Assembly (NCBI GenBank): GCA_001899685.1
Contig: MKWG01000028.1
Span: forward strand, 54,718 to 118,717
Direction: 5' to 3'
Source of the DNA: Sphingobacteriales bacterium 44-15
GTDB taxonomy: Bacteria > Bacteroidota > Bacteroidia > Chitinophagales > Chitinophagaceae
DNA: 64,000 nt
This document shows, in pieces, positions 1-8,647 of this stretch. How positions within the stretch are numbered: position 1 is the first letter of the stretch; every line of letters starts with the position of its first letter. The position numbers were made by a program, and so were the translations under genes. The notes below the pieces were generated by a model. The model was not told the origin of the DNA. It searched no databases and worked only from the letters and a program-made list of their open reading frames with translations.

Positions 1-2
1 CA

Positions 3-941
3 ATGAAAAAGTATATTATCTTTTTATTAATGCTCATTACTGTCAGCTTCAACACTGCTATTGCCCAACAGAAAGTCACCCGTATATCCGATGTTGTGTA
101 TCAGCATAAAGACGGGATGGCATTTGTTTTTGACATGATCCGCCCGGCAAAGCAAAACGGGGCAGCGATTTTATACATTCTGAGCGGCGGATGGGTATCA
201 AGAGACGCCGCAAACATATCCACCAGTTCCTACAAATCGTATACTGATAAAGGGTATACTGTTTTTATCATTAGTCATGGGTCTCAACCCAGATATAACG
301 TGCCGGAAATTTTTAGCCAGGTACAACGCGCCATAAAATTCATCAGGTACAATGCCGGGAGATATGGCATAGATCCGGCAAAGCTGGGAATAATGGGGCA
401 TAGTGCCGGCGGTCACCTTTCTGTTTCAGCAGCCGTTTTCGGGAAAGACGCTATGACAGAAGCTGAATACAGAAAAGAATATGATATACCGAAAGACAAT
501 AAGATAGACTCCATTGATTTAATTTCCAGTAAAATCCAGGCTGTGGCATGCTTTTACCCTCCAACAAATTTTATTCAGTACAACAGCCCGGACTCCAACT
601 GGTTTGATTTCCCTAAAGTAAGAAATGTGTCTGCCAACGGGTCTTTTATTGCGACACCAGACAGCTCAAGAGATTTTCAAAACAAGACACTTAAATCAAT
701 TTCACCCTATTATTTTATTACAGAAAATACGCCGCCTGTTTTGATCATTCACGGGACAGATGACGGTCTTGTTCCCTATAGCCAATCCGTGTCATTGATC
801 ACTGAGCTAAAAGCGCACCATGTACCTTGCATGTTGATTGCTAAAGAAGGGAAAGATCACGGTTGGCCATACGAAAAAGCAGACGAAAATGCCTGTTTAA
901 ATTGGTTTGACAAATATTTGCTAAAAGGCACTCTCAAATGA
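3..941 (+). CDS. secreted alpha/beta-hydrolase (esterase/lipase-like)
   Basis: 312-aa ORF with ATG at 3. Signal peptide MKKYIIFLLMLITVSFNTAIAQ, nucleophile elbow GHSAGGH, C-terminal HGTDDGLVP...DHGW acid/His region. Confidence 0.8.
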   Translation: MKKYIIFLLMLITVSFNTAIAQQKVTRISDVVYQHKDGMAFVFDMIRPAKQNGAAILYILSGGWVSRDAANISTSSYKSYTDKGYTVFIISHGSQPRYNVPEIFSQVQRAIKFIRYNAGRYGIDPAKLGIMGHSAGGHLSVSAAVFGKDAMTEAEYRKEYDIPKDNKIDSIDLISSKIQAVACFYPPTNFIQYNSPDSNWFDFPKVRNVSANGSFIATPDSSRDFQNKTLKSISPYYFITENTPPVLIIHGTDDGLVPYSQSVSLITELKAHHVPCMLIAKEGKDHGWPYEKADENACLNWFDKYLLKGTLK

Positions 942-1050
942 AGTAACCGGTTCTACCCACCGTTATAGCTAAGGTCATAGGGCATTGTGTTTGTACCTAC
1001 CTGGACAAGCAGTTTGCATAGAAAAGCTTACCGCAATTTTGTTTCCCAGG

Positions 1051-1258
1051 CCCTGGTAGGTGAGACACGTATCAGGGCGATCGGATAAAATATTTTCCAG
1101 GCAACTCCTGAGGGCACAAATAAAACATCCGGTGTTTTTCAATTATGCGCCATAGACGCTACCCTGGTTATATACCTTCCTCAGCTAAATGACATTGCCT
1201 TTTCAAGACATTTTATGGCTCATATTTCCCGGAATACGACTATGGTGTCTCACCGACC
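1051..1258. repeat. 208-bp segment bracketed by 16-nt inverted repeats (MITE-like or structured intergenic element)
   Basis: CTGGTAGGTGAGACAC at 1051-1066 versus GTGTCTCACCGACCGG at 1243-1258 (14/16 complementary). It lies in a 409-bp ORF-free gap between convergent genes. Confidence 0.4.
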
Positions 1259-1350
1259 GGTAGCGGGCCCTACAGGCAGGTGGAATCACCTGCCTGCGAA
1301 AAATTGAAAAGTGCCCTATTTGCCGGGATATGATTTTTCGTTCTATAATC

Positions 1351-1794
1351 TCATCTTTTATAAAAGATATAATCCGTGGTAAGCGGCTCTGTTCCGGTCT
1401 GTCTGAAATCAGTTGCTATTTGTCCTCTGTGGTAGGTAGAATGATTGATGATATGAAATAATATATCGCTGATTTTATTTTCAAATTTCTCTCCTTTGCC
1501 GGTTTTGTATAGAATAATGCTACTCAGATCAAGGTCGCTTAAGAGGTGCATCGTTTCATTGTAATTCTTATCGTCAATTTCCCTGAACTGTCCGGCAGCG
1601 TGAATATCCCAAACGTTGAAACCACTCTGCTTTCCAGCAATCCGGGAATTCCAGATATGATGCGCATTCAAAATATGACTGAAAAGTTTTACCGATTTTT
1701 CGCTGATTAAATCGCGCTTTTCTATAAAAATCTCCGATAACTTCTGATTAAAATGATAATTGTACTCAAAAAGCTCTTTAAAAAATTGTCTCAT
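1351..1794 (-). CDS. DinB-family (DinB_2-like) metal-dependent protein
   Basis: C-terminal HIINHSTYHRGQ motif and helical-bundle-like sequence. I prefer the ATG at 1794; the longer ORF to 1872 starts with TTG. Confidence 0.7.
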   Translation of the reverse strand: MRQFFKELFEYNYHFNQKLSEIFIEKRDLISEKSVKLFSHILNAHHIWNSRIAGKQSGFNVWDIHAAGQFREIDDKNYNETMHLLSDLDLSSIILYKTGKGEKFENKISDILFHIINHSTYHRGQIATDFRQTGTEPLTTDYIFYKR

Positions 1795-2004
1795 AATATG
1801 TTGATTTACGTAATTATCACGTTTTGATTCGTTAAAAAGACCTGTACTATCCTGCTCCTTTGTTGTACCCAATTATATGACAATGGCTGCGCCGCCTCTA
1901 ATTTTTTATCTATAAAACAATGGTATCAGCATTTTTGTTCGTGTAATAAATTACAGCATCCTTCCCGGTTGGCTAATCTGTTACAGTTTCTATTTCCGCA
2001 CCTG

Positions 2005-2979
2005 TTAGCGTAAAGCAATTCCGCTTTTATTGATAATGTTCAGCACAGCATTCAAATGATGCTGATCGTGTTCTGCTACGAAATGCATCAGGTCAATGAT
2101 CCTCATTGGCTGCTGTAATCTCGGGTGAATGCTGCGCTTTGTAAAATCACTTTTCTGCAGATTATTCAGAAAGTCTATAGTTTTTGTTCTTTGATGACGG
2201 AAATTATTTATTAGTTCCTGCAGTGAAAATGTATTGAAGTCCATACGGTCGGTTGCGCTGTTGTTTAGATCGGCAGGCGACATTTCAGGAACCTCATTTT
2301 TTATTTCTTCAAATCGTATTTGCCACAACGGCTCCAACAATTCCAGGTGCCCGATGTTTTCCCTGATCGTCCATTTGTTTTCGTATCTGAAAACATGAGT
2401 TTCTTCAGGCAGCATCCGGGTCATTTGAATAAACCTGTCCGGCGCAGATTGTAAACGTTCAAGCAAAATACCATATAGCTCCATTCCGAAATTGAAATCA
2501 AATTTCCGGTCAAACCATTTGTTTGAACCGAGCAACAATTCCATTTTAATATCGGCCCTCTTGAATAATGATTCGTCAAGCGGAATGTCCCTGAATCCAA
2601 GCTTGTGATAAATGCTTATTGCCGTTTTCAGTTTGGAACTAGTAAACAGGACGAGTTTTTCAGCACCCAGTTGTCTCGCCTCGCCGATGGCTGAACTGCA
2701 CAAAAACTTTCCCGCACCAATTCCCTGAAACGCTTCATCAACCGCCATTTTCGCTAATTCGTAGACGCCTTTTTTTACAAGAACCAATGCTACCGTTCCG
2801 ATAATCTGCCCCTCATGTTCTGCAAACAGGATCTGCCCTCCATTTTTCAAAATGTTTTCTTCCGGCTGCGAAAGCAACTTTTCGTCAGGCAGTTCAATCT
2901 CAAAATATTTGCTCAGCCACGCTTTGTTCAACTGTTCAAAATATTTTTGATATGCGGGTTGGTACCTTAAGATTTTCAT
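2005..2979 (-). CDS. GNAT N-acetyltransferase fused to a C-terminal DinB-like domain
   Basis: N-terminal GNAT core (IIGTVALV...VDEAFQGIGAGKFL...YHKLGF). C-terminal half carries HLELLEPLW and HFVAEHDQHH, the DinB-type His triad pattern. Confidence 0.75.
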   Translation of the reverse strand: MKILRYQPAYQKYFEQLNKAWLSKYFEIELPDEKLLSQPEENILKNGGQILFAEHEGQIIGTVALVLVKKGVYELAKMAVDEAFQGIGAGKFLCSSAIGEARQLGAEKLVLFTSSKLKTAISIYHKLGFRDIPLDESLFKRADIKMELLLGSNKWFDRKFDFNFGMELYGILLERLQSAPDRFIQMTRMLPEETHVFRYENKWTIRENIGHLELLEPLWQIRFEEIKNEVPEMSPADLNNSATDRMDFNTFSLQELINNFRHQRTKTIDFLNNLQKSDFTKRSIHPRLQQPMRIIDLMHFVAEHDQHHLNAVLNIINKSGIALR

Positions 2980-3021
2980 CTTCTTTGATTTTATAAATGA
3001 TCATATGTTATATTAAGACAA

Positions 3022-3151
3022 GTGTTATGTCAAAGATGAAACGGTAGACGTGAAACGGCAGATGATAAATGTGAGGATCTCACGTTTATCGCCTGCCTGC
3101 CATGCCTACTGCAGGTAAACCGGCAGGCAAGTCTCACCCTCACAAAGAATC
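3022..3151. repeat. mosaic palindromic intergenic repeat, copy E1
   Basis: Shares its left flank GTGTTATGTCAAA(C/G)(G/A)TGAAACGG and right flank GTCTCACC..ACAAAGAA with copy E2 at 5860-5976. The internal 68 bp (3064-3131) holds two hairpins. It sits immediately downstream of the TetR stop. Confidence 0.7.
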
Positions 3152-3740
3152 ATCGCTTCAGATCGAGAATGGCTTTTTCCAGGTAATCCATTGCAATTTT
3201 CAGTGCTGTTGTTTTACCTGTAACTTTTGCCTGCATAAAAGCACCTTCAATTATTGAAATCATTACCACCGCAACTACTGCCGGGTTCGTGCCTGTTTTT
3301 ATTTCGCCTCGGGCAATACCGCGTTTAACCTGGTTTTCCAATGCTCTTTTCCAAAATGAAAGCGCCCCGGATGCTCTATTCCGCAATTTCGGGTGTGTAT
3401 CGTCGGCCTCGGTAGAAGTATTCAAAATAGGGCAGCCCGCCTGCAGGAAAGGAATTTTTAAATAATTCCTGTAAGTATCCGGATAAACCAACAAACGTTC
3501 AATAGAATTTTCTGTTGCTAAGATCTTTCCCCTTATGTATTCTGTAACCCTGTTATGGTTATAGTCAAAAGCCGCCAGTGCAACATCATCTTTATTTTCA
3601 AAGTTCCCGTAAATGCAGCCCTTTGAAAGACCTGTCGCACTCATAATATCATTCATTGAAGTTCCCGCATAGCCCTTTGTGTTAAAAACAGGAGCGGTTT
3701 TTTCAACGATAAATTGCTTTGTATCGTCTGATTTTGACAT
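3150..3740 (-). CDS. TetR/AcrR-family transcriptional regulator
   Basis: N-terminal HTH FNTKGYAGTSMNDIMSATGLSKGCIYGNF. ATG at 3740 preferred over TTG at 3764. Confidence 0.85.
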   Translation of the reverse strand: MSKSDDTKQFIVEKTAPVFNTKGYAGTSMNDIMSATGLSKGCIYGNFENKDDVALAAFDYNHNRVTEYIRGKILATENSIERLLVYPDTYRNYLKIPFLQAGCPILNTSTEADDTHPKLRNRASGALSFWKRALENQVKRGIARGEIKTGTNPAVVAVVMISIIEGAFMQAKVTGKTTALKIAMDYLEKAILDLKR

Positions 3741-3967
3741 TCCGGGGATTAAATTCTGCGACAAAGATAAAAAAAATAAACCAATCAGTCTTTTTTGGCA
3801 TATTTCAAATTAGCCAGGCATTAGAGCCTGTAAAACACGGGATATACCCATAGAACTTCGGCGGGAGAAGCAATCTCTTAACTTCCCTATATATGATCGC
3901 AGCTATTCAACGTTATGGCATAGCAGTTCATGAAAAAGTTCAATATGGTTTTCGACGACAAGAATGA

Positions 3968-4450
3968 CTACTTAAGGATATTCCCTAATATTTCCAATAT
4001 TTCACGCGCATAAAAAAACTGTACATGTTCCGGGTGATTATCAGTTGGTATAATTTTCCCCTCCGCCACTATCTCATCCTCATTTGCAATAGCATAAAAA
4101 GCAAAACATTCGCCCCCTGATTCAGGAACAGCAGAAGCATAACCGGTGACGGCAATGCTCCATCTGCTTGCAAATAAACAGCAACAGTGTCTTGCCATTT
4201 CTGAGGCTACACGCGCCGATACACAGTTCACGGAGATAGCATACAAAGGTTCTACCTGCAGGTGCTTATATTTTTGCCCAACATTATAGGTAGTTATGCC
4301 ACCCTGAAAAAATTTTGATGCATCGGGAATAGATGACAAATACCATTGCAACAACCCGGATGTTACACTTTCTGCTACCGCAATAGTTTTAGTGTGGGCG
4401 ATCATATAAGCCCTTATAGATGCTGCAAGTTCCTTATTTAAAGTCTCCAT
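3968..4450 (-). CDS. CinA C-terminal-domain / PncC-like nicotinamide-nucleotide amidohydrolase family protein
   Basis: IAVAESVTSGLL motif typical of the CinA/PncC domain; ~160 aa; ATG at 4450. Confidence 0.7.
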   Translation of the reverse strand: METLNKELAASIRAYMIAHTKTIAVAESVTSGLLQWYLSSIPDASKFFQGGITTYNVGQKYKHLQVEPLYAISVNCVSARVASEMARHCCCLFASRWSIAVTGYASAVPESGGECFAFYAIANEDEIVAEGKIIPTDNHPEHVQFFYAREILEILGNILK

Positions 4451-4591
4451 GATATGCAACTATTGCAAGTTATGTACCTGCTCTTCAATTTTATTGCCAG
4501 TCATTACGTCAGATTTTCTGATCCTTTGATATTCAACAGGAGCTCTTCCGAATATGGCATGCTATTATATACAGGTAACCAAAGCAGTAAT

Positions 4592-4909
4592 ATGAAAAGG
4601 AAAGCGAAATCATCCTATAAATCAGGAGCAAAAAAAAGAAAATGGTCGAAGCAGGTGACTGAGTACAGCAATGCTCTTGACCTGAAACAAGGAATATTTG
4701 CAGGCAATGATCCCGAAAAGATAGCAAAGTCACTCAGGCATTCTGCTGTTCACAGTCATCGTAAAAAAGGAACGCCTTACCAATCTGCAATGTCTATGCT
4801 TAATTTTTACATTAACCGCGCGGGGAAGAATCTCCCGGAGTCCAAAAAGCATACCCTGGAAAAGGCTAAGGCTGAACTCCGGAAAGTATTTCATAAAGAT
4901 GATGAGTAA
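4592..4909 (+). CDS. DUF3175-like small basic protein
   Basis: ATG at 4592. The sequence KWSKQVTEYSNALDLKQGIF...DPEKIAKSLRHSA...SAMSMLNFYINRAGKNL matches my recollection of DUF3175; this is from memory, not a search. Confidence 0.55.
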   Translation: MKRKAKSSYKSGAKKRKWSKQVTEYSNALDLKQGIFAGNDPEKIAKSLRHSAVHSHRKKGTPYQSAMSMLNFYINRAGKNLPESKKHTLEKAKAELRKVFHKDDE

Positions 4910-4984
4910 ACACCTGGATTCTATTTAAGTGTTGCGCCGATCATAATATAATTTTCCCCTGCCGGGATAACGCTCTTCCTTCAA

Positions 4985-5485
4985 CTATTTTGAAATACTG
5001 TCGTCTTCATCTTCACCGTCCAGGCTGTAATCATTATTCTCCTCGTCCTCCTCTCCTATTTTTTCATCATCGTCATCATCTTCACTACCTGGAACATCCA
5101 GCTCACTACCGCTGAGGTTTGTTTTTTCATTTAACGGCGCGCCATCTTCATCCCGCTGATCCAGCGTGGCAGCCTGCAGGCTATCTTCATCTCTTGCACC
5201 GGGTGTCTTTTCTGCTGCATCTTTTAAAGCCTTTTTTTCTTCTGGGGTTACATCCCCTTCAGCCAGTTCATCTCCGGCACTATCAAATATTCCTTTTCCC
5301 TCCTCGTCATCGGAAGAAATGGTGATATCAGCCAGCTCGCCAAGCGGGGGAACACGAATATGCTCCTGGCCTGGTATATCCTTCACCTCAGGCAGATCAA
5401 GTATCACTTCGCCGGCAGTAAAATGCATTTTATCTTTGCCGGGACCGGCAGCATTTGTTTTTTTTGCTTTATGCTTTGCTTTCAT
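4985..5485 (-). CDS. hypothetical highly acidic, low-complexity (probably disordered) protein
   Basis: 166-aa ORF with ATG. Basic N-terminus, then D/E-rich tracts (SEDDDDDEKIGEEDEENNDYSLDGEDEDD). The antisense ORFs overlapping it are compositional mirrors. Confidence 0.5.
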   Translation of the reverse strand: MKAKHKAKKTNAAGPGKDKMHFTAGEVILDLPEVKDIPGQEHIRVPPLGELADITISSDDEEGKGIFDSAGDELAEGDVTPEEKKALKDAAEKTPGARDEDSLQAATLDQRDEDGAPLNEKTNLSGSELDVPGSEDDDDDEKIGEEDEENNDYSLDGEDEDDSISK

Positions 5486-5545
5486 ATACTTGTTTTACTA
5501 TTGCTATAAGAGTAGAAAAACCATGCCTGATATGCTGAAAGTTTT

Positions 5546-5770
5546 TTATTGATCTTTTTTCCTGGTGTCGTTTCCCGTCGGGTCATAGCCCAGCCCCGGC
5601 GTAAGTTCAGTTACCTGCTGATGTATACCAGAATCATTTGTATTAGCAGGTTTTGTTGCAGTACCATCCGGCGACTCATTGCAGGCAAAGCAGATCATGG
5701 ACCCCGCGGCGATCAACAAGGTAAGTTCTTTGTCTATATTGAGAGCGTCAAAGTGTAATTTTTTCCCCAT
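5546..5770 (-). CDS. small hypothetical protein, possible lipoprotein
   Basis: 74-aa ORF with ATG. Hydrophobic segment LTLLIAAGSMICFAC with a Cys in a lipobox-like position. Confidence 0.3.
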   Translation of the reverse strand: MGKKLHFDALNIDKELTLLIAAGSMICFACNESPDGTATKPANTNDSGIHQQVTELTPGLGYDPTGNDTRKKDQ

Positions 5771-5859
5771 AGAGGCATTAAAACAACATTCTTTTTCTAC
5801 AAACTAATTGTAGCACGCGGGAATGTATATTTCTTATATTACGCAGGTTTACCCTGCCG

Positions 5860-5976
5860 GTGTTATGTCAAACGTGAAACGGCAGACTTGCCTACCTGTT
5901 TACCTGCCGTAGGCATGGCAAGCAGGCGATAAATGTGAAATCCTCATGTTTATCGTCTCACCTCTTACAAAGAAAT
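5860..5976. repeat. mosaic palindromic intergenic repeat, copy E2 (core inverted relative to E1)
   Basis: Flanks are in the same orientation as E1, but the 68-bp core (5887-5954) equals the reverse complement of the E1 core at 60/68 positions. Confidence 0.7.
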
Positions 5977-6133
5977 ACGAAAAATTATTGTTGACATAGC
6001 ACAAGTTGCTCTGTCGGGTATCCGCTTACGGAGAAATGTATTGCCGGGGAGCATGACTGGTTGACCGGTTTTAACACCAAAGCCGGGAAACAGGCATAAT
6101 TATTTTAATATTTAAGCACTCAAACAAAACATC

Positions 6134-6349
6134 ATGAACAAAACAAAATTAGATTTAAGGCAATCCTGGGAGGCTGTAAAAGAGCAGTTGAAAGAAAATG
6201 ATCCTTCGCTCACTGATGAAGATCTTTTATATGAGCCAGGCCATGCAGAACAGCTTTTAGAACACCTGTCAAAAAAATTAAACAGAACTAAAGAGGAAGT
6301 AAGAATTTTGATAGAAAGCATCTCTGCAAATACAGGCAAAGCATCGTGA
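6134..6349 (+). CDS. CsbD-like general stress protein
   Basis: 71 aa. The pattern W..VKEQLKE....LTDEDLLY..G..EQLLEHLSKKL..TKEE resembles the CsbD/YjbJ family. Confidence 0.55.
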   Translation: MNKTKLDLRQSWEAVKEQLKENDPSLTDEDLLYEPGHAEQLLEHLSKKLNRTKEEVRILIESISANTGKAS

Positions 6350-6375
6350 GCCGGATATGCTGCAGGAAGGGTAAG

Positions 6376-7470
6376 TCAGTCTTTTTTATTCAGGCGCCTC
6401 TTCAGCAGGCATAACACTCCCAGCTCTTCTACTGAAAGGCTTTGATTTGCTTTGAGGAGTTGATTCACCTCTCTCCTGAAATTACCGAGCGTTCTGCCCT
6501 GGATATAATTATCAATTATACGCGTGTCTATATATGAACTACGGGCAATTGCGGGGGTATTGCCTAACTTTTCGCTTACCGCTATCACGGCATTACGGAT
6601 ATTTTTCTTTAGTTTCCTTTGATCTTTTTCCCGTACTGCGCCCATTTCATCAAGCGTTATAGCAGCTATTACGGTTCCTGCCCATGTACGGAAGTCTTTC
6701 GCCGAAAACGCTTCACCCATGACCGAACGTATATATTCGTTCAGATCACCGCTCTTTACATCATGGATATTTCCGTCTTCATCAATAAATTTAAAAATTT
6801 CATAACCCGGCAACTCATCTATTTCTTTTACGATGGTTGTAAGCCTAGCATCTGTTATATGCTTTTCCTGTTCCTGCCCTGATTTTCCCCTGTAAGAAAA
6901 TATCATTTCACTACCGTTAATTTCCAAATGCCTGCTGCGTAATGTAGTAAGCCCATAGCTTTCGTTTTCTTTGCTGTAGCAATCGTTGCCGGGACGGAAG
7001 AAAGCGGTTTCAAGCAGGCGCACCATGACGGCCAAAACTTTCTCACGGCTTAATTTGCGCTTACGCAGATGCTGTCCGGTCACCCGGCGCATGTGTTCCA
7101 GCCTGCCGGCAAAGCGTATGATACGGTCAAATTTCTGATCATCCCGGCTTTTACGGAATCTGGTATTGTAGACATATTGTTTCCGTTCCTTTGCATCGTA
7201 GCCGGTAGCCCATATCTTAGCACGGGATGATGTATTGATCTCTACCTTTTTCCAGGCAGGCGGAATAACCAAAGACTTAAACCATTCCTTAAGCCCGGCA
7301 TCGGTTATTACTTTATTGTGCTCGTCAAAGTAGCGAAATCCTTTTCCGGTTTTTTTCCTGTAGCAGATCATAAAATATATTGAAAATATATTAGCAGTAT
7401 TTATAGCAAAGTTTCCGCCATACTTATACTGAACATAATTTTCGGGATCACCCACGGTATCGCGGGGCAT
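6376..7470 (-). CDS. DNA topoisomerase IB (poxvirus-like bacterial TopIB)
   Basis: GKGFRYFD...LVIPPAWKKVEI N-terminal domain motifs, SAKDFRTWAGTV, and the C-terminal ARSSYID catalytic-Tyr region. The N-terminal ~35 aa are atypical, so the start is uncertain (alternative ATG at 7371). Confidence 0.8.
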   Translation of the reverse strand: MPRDTVGDPENYVQYKYGGNFAINTANIFSIYFMICYRKKTGKGFRYFDEHNKVITDAGLKEWFKSLVIPPAWKKVEINTSSRAKIWATGYDAKERKQYVYNTRFRKSRDDQKFDRIIRFAGRLEHMRRVTGQHLRKRKLSREKVLAVMVRLLETAFFRPGNDCYSKENESYGLTTLRSRHLEINGSEMIFSYRGKSGQEQEKHITDARLTTIVKEIDELPGYEIFKFIDEDGNIHDVKSGDLNEYIRSVMGEAFSAKDFRTWAGTVIAAITLDEMGAVREKDQRKLKKNIRNAVIAVSEKLGNTPAIARSSYIDTRIIDNYIQGRTLGNFRREVNQLLKANQSLSVEELGVLCLLKRRLNKKD

Positions 7471-7655
7471 ATTATAGCCGGATGAACTTCTTATTGTACC
7501 CAGGTATAAAATATCCTGCCAAAGTGTTATCCGGATAAGATGTAGCTACTATTCCCCAATTTTCAGCGATTAATATCACATTCGCCCCCATATCTTTTTT
7601 TGGTACGATGTTTTAGATGAGTATAAAATTATTCTTCACTAATAAAACCAGGATC

Positions 7656-8246
7656 ATGAAAGAGAAAATTTGTACGGCAGTAATTATCAGCATTCTTGTT
7701 TTCAGCAGTGTTCAGGCTCAGATCCAACAGGGAAATGTAATGGTTGGTGGTAATATTTCAAATATGAATCTCAGCCTCGACAACGGAGGAGGATTTAATA
7801 TGACGCTTAGCCCCAGGGCAGGCTGGTTTATACGAAATAATCTTGCGTTAGGTGCTTACGTTGATTTTGGGCTGGCTGCTGCCAAAGGCATTAAACCTTC
7901 CATTAATTATGGCGTGGGCGCGTTGGGTAGATATTATATAAATGATCCTGCCATTAATGTATTGCGGAAAACAAGATTTTTTGGTGAAGCAACAGTTGGC
8001 ATTGAGGGCTATAATCCCTCAGCCGGAGATAATACCAATGGATTAGGAATCAGCGCAGGGCCGGGCATAGCATACTTTGTTACGCCCAATATCGGATTGG
8101 AAGGATTGATAAAATACAGGGGCATTGTGGGCTTTGGATCCAGCCCCGCCTCAAGCAACCTGGTTTTTGGCATCGGTTTCCAAATATATCTTTCAAGAGA
8201 AAAAGTAGAGAGCGAATTGAATACAAATATGAGTAGTAATAAATGA
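7656..8246 (+). CDS. outer-membrane beta-barrel protein (OmpA-beta/OmpW-like porin family)
   Basis: Signal peptide MKEKICTAVIISILVFSSVQAQ, alternating amphipathic strands, and the terminal segment FGIGFQIYL. Confidence 0.7.
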   Translation: MKEKICTAVIISILVFSSVQAQIQQGNVMVGGNISNMNLSLDNGGGFNMTLSPRAGWFIRNNLALGAYVDFGLAAAKGIKPSINYGVGALGRYYINDPAINVLRKTRFFGEATVGIEGYNPSAGDNTNGLGISAGPGIAYFVTPNIGLEGLIKYRGIVGFGSSPASSNLVFGIGFQIYLSREKVESELNTNMSSNK

Positions 8247-8279
8247 TTAATAAATGCAGCACATCATAAAACTGTTATT

Positions 8280-8543
8280 ATGAAAACAACATCTAAAAAG
8301 CAAAGCCCACAGTCATTCACTGTCAACATTGATAACATAGGCTATGATGTTATGGTCACACCGATAATGATAAATGATGAAAAAAGATTTGTCATCAGGA
8401 TCAATAATTCAGCAGATCATATATATGCCTGGGACGAACAAATTCAATCTTTAAGAGCGCTGGATGATGAAGCATCAGTTTTTCCGGCAACATTGGAAAA
8501 AGCCATAAGTGACAAATTAATGTATGTCATGGTTTTTCCCTGA
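8280..8543 (+). CDS. hypothetical small protein (distant member of the KAIAE-tail family)
   Basis: 87 aa. Its N-terminus MKTTSKK is shared with the next ORF. The C-terminal part TLEKAISDKL resembles the LVKAIAENL / MVKAIAESI tails. Confidence 0.45.
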   Translation: MKTTSKKQSPQSFTVNIDNIGYDVMVTPIMINDEKRFVIRINNSADHIYAWDEQIQSLRALDDEASVFPATLEKAISDKLMYVMVFP

Positions 8544-8647
8544 AAACAGGATCAAAACATTTCACAGCAAGGTGAGGGTAATATTCTTAATCATTAATCT
8601 TCTAAGGCAACACACCAGATTGGCATAATCTTATTAATCAGAACAGG

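Noticed and set aside
3022-5976. Interpreting the inverted 68-bp core of E1/E2 as an active invertase-driven DNA switch.
   Set aside because: The two orientations are seen at two different loci, not as alternative states of one locus. The flanks form only a weak inverted repeat, and no recombinase is encoded in the window. It is reported as a repeat-family property only.
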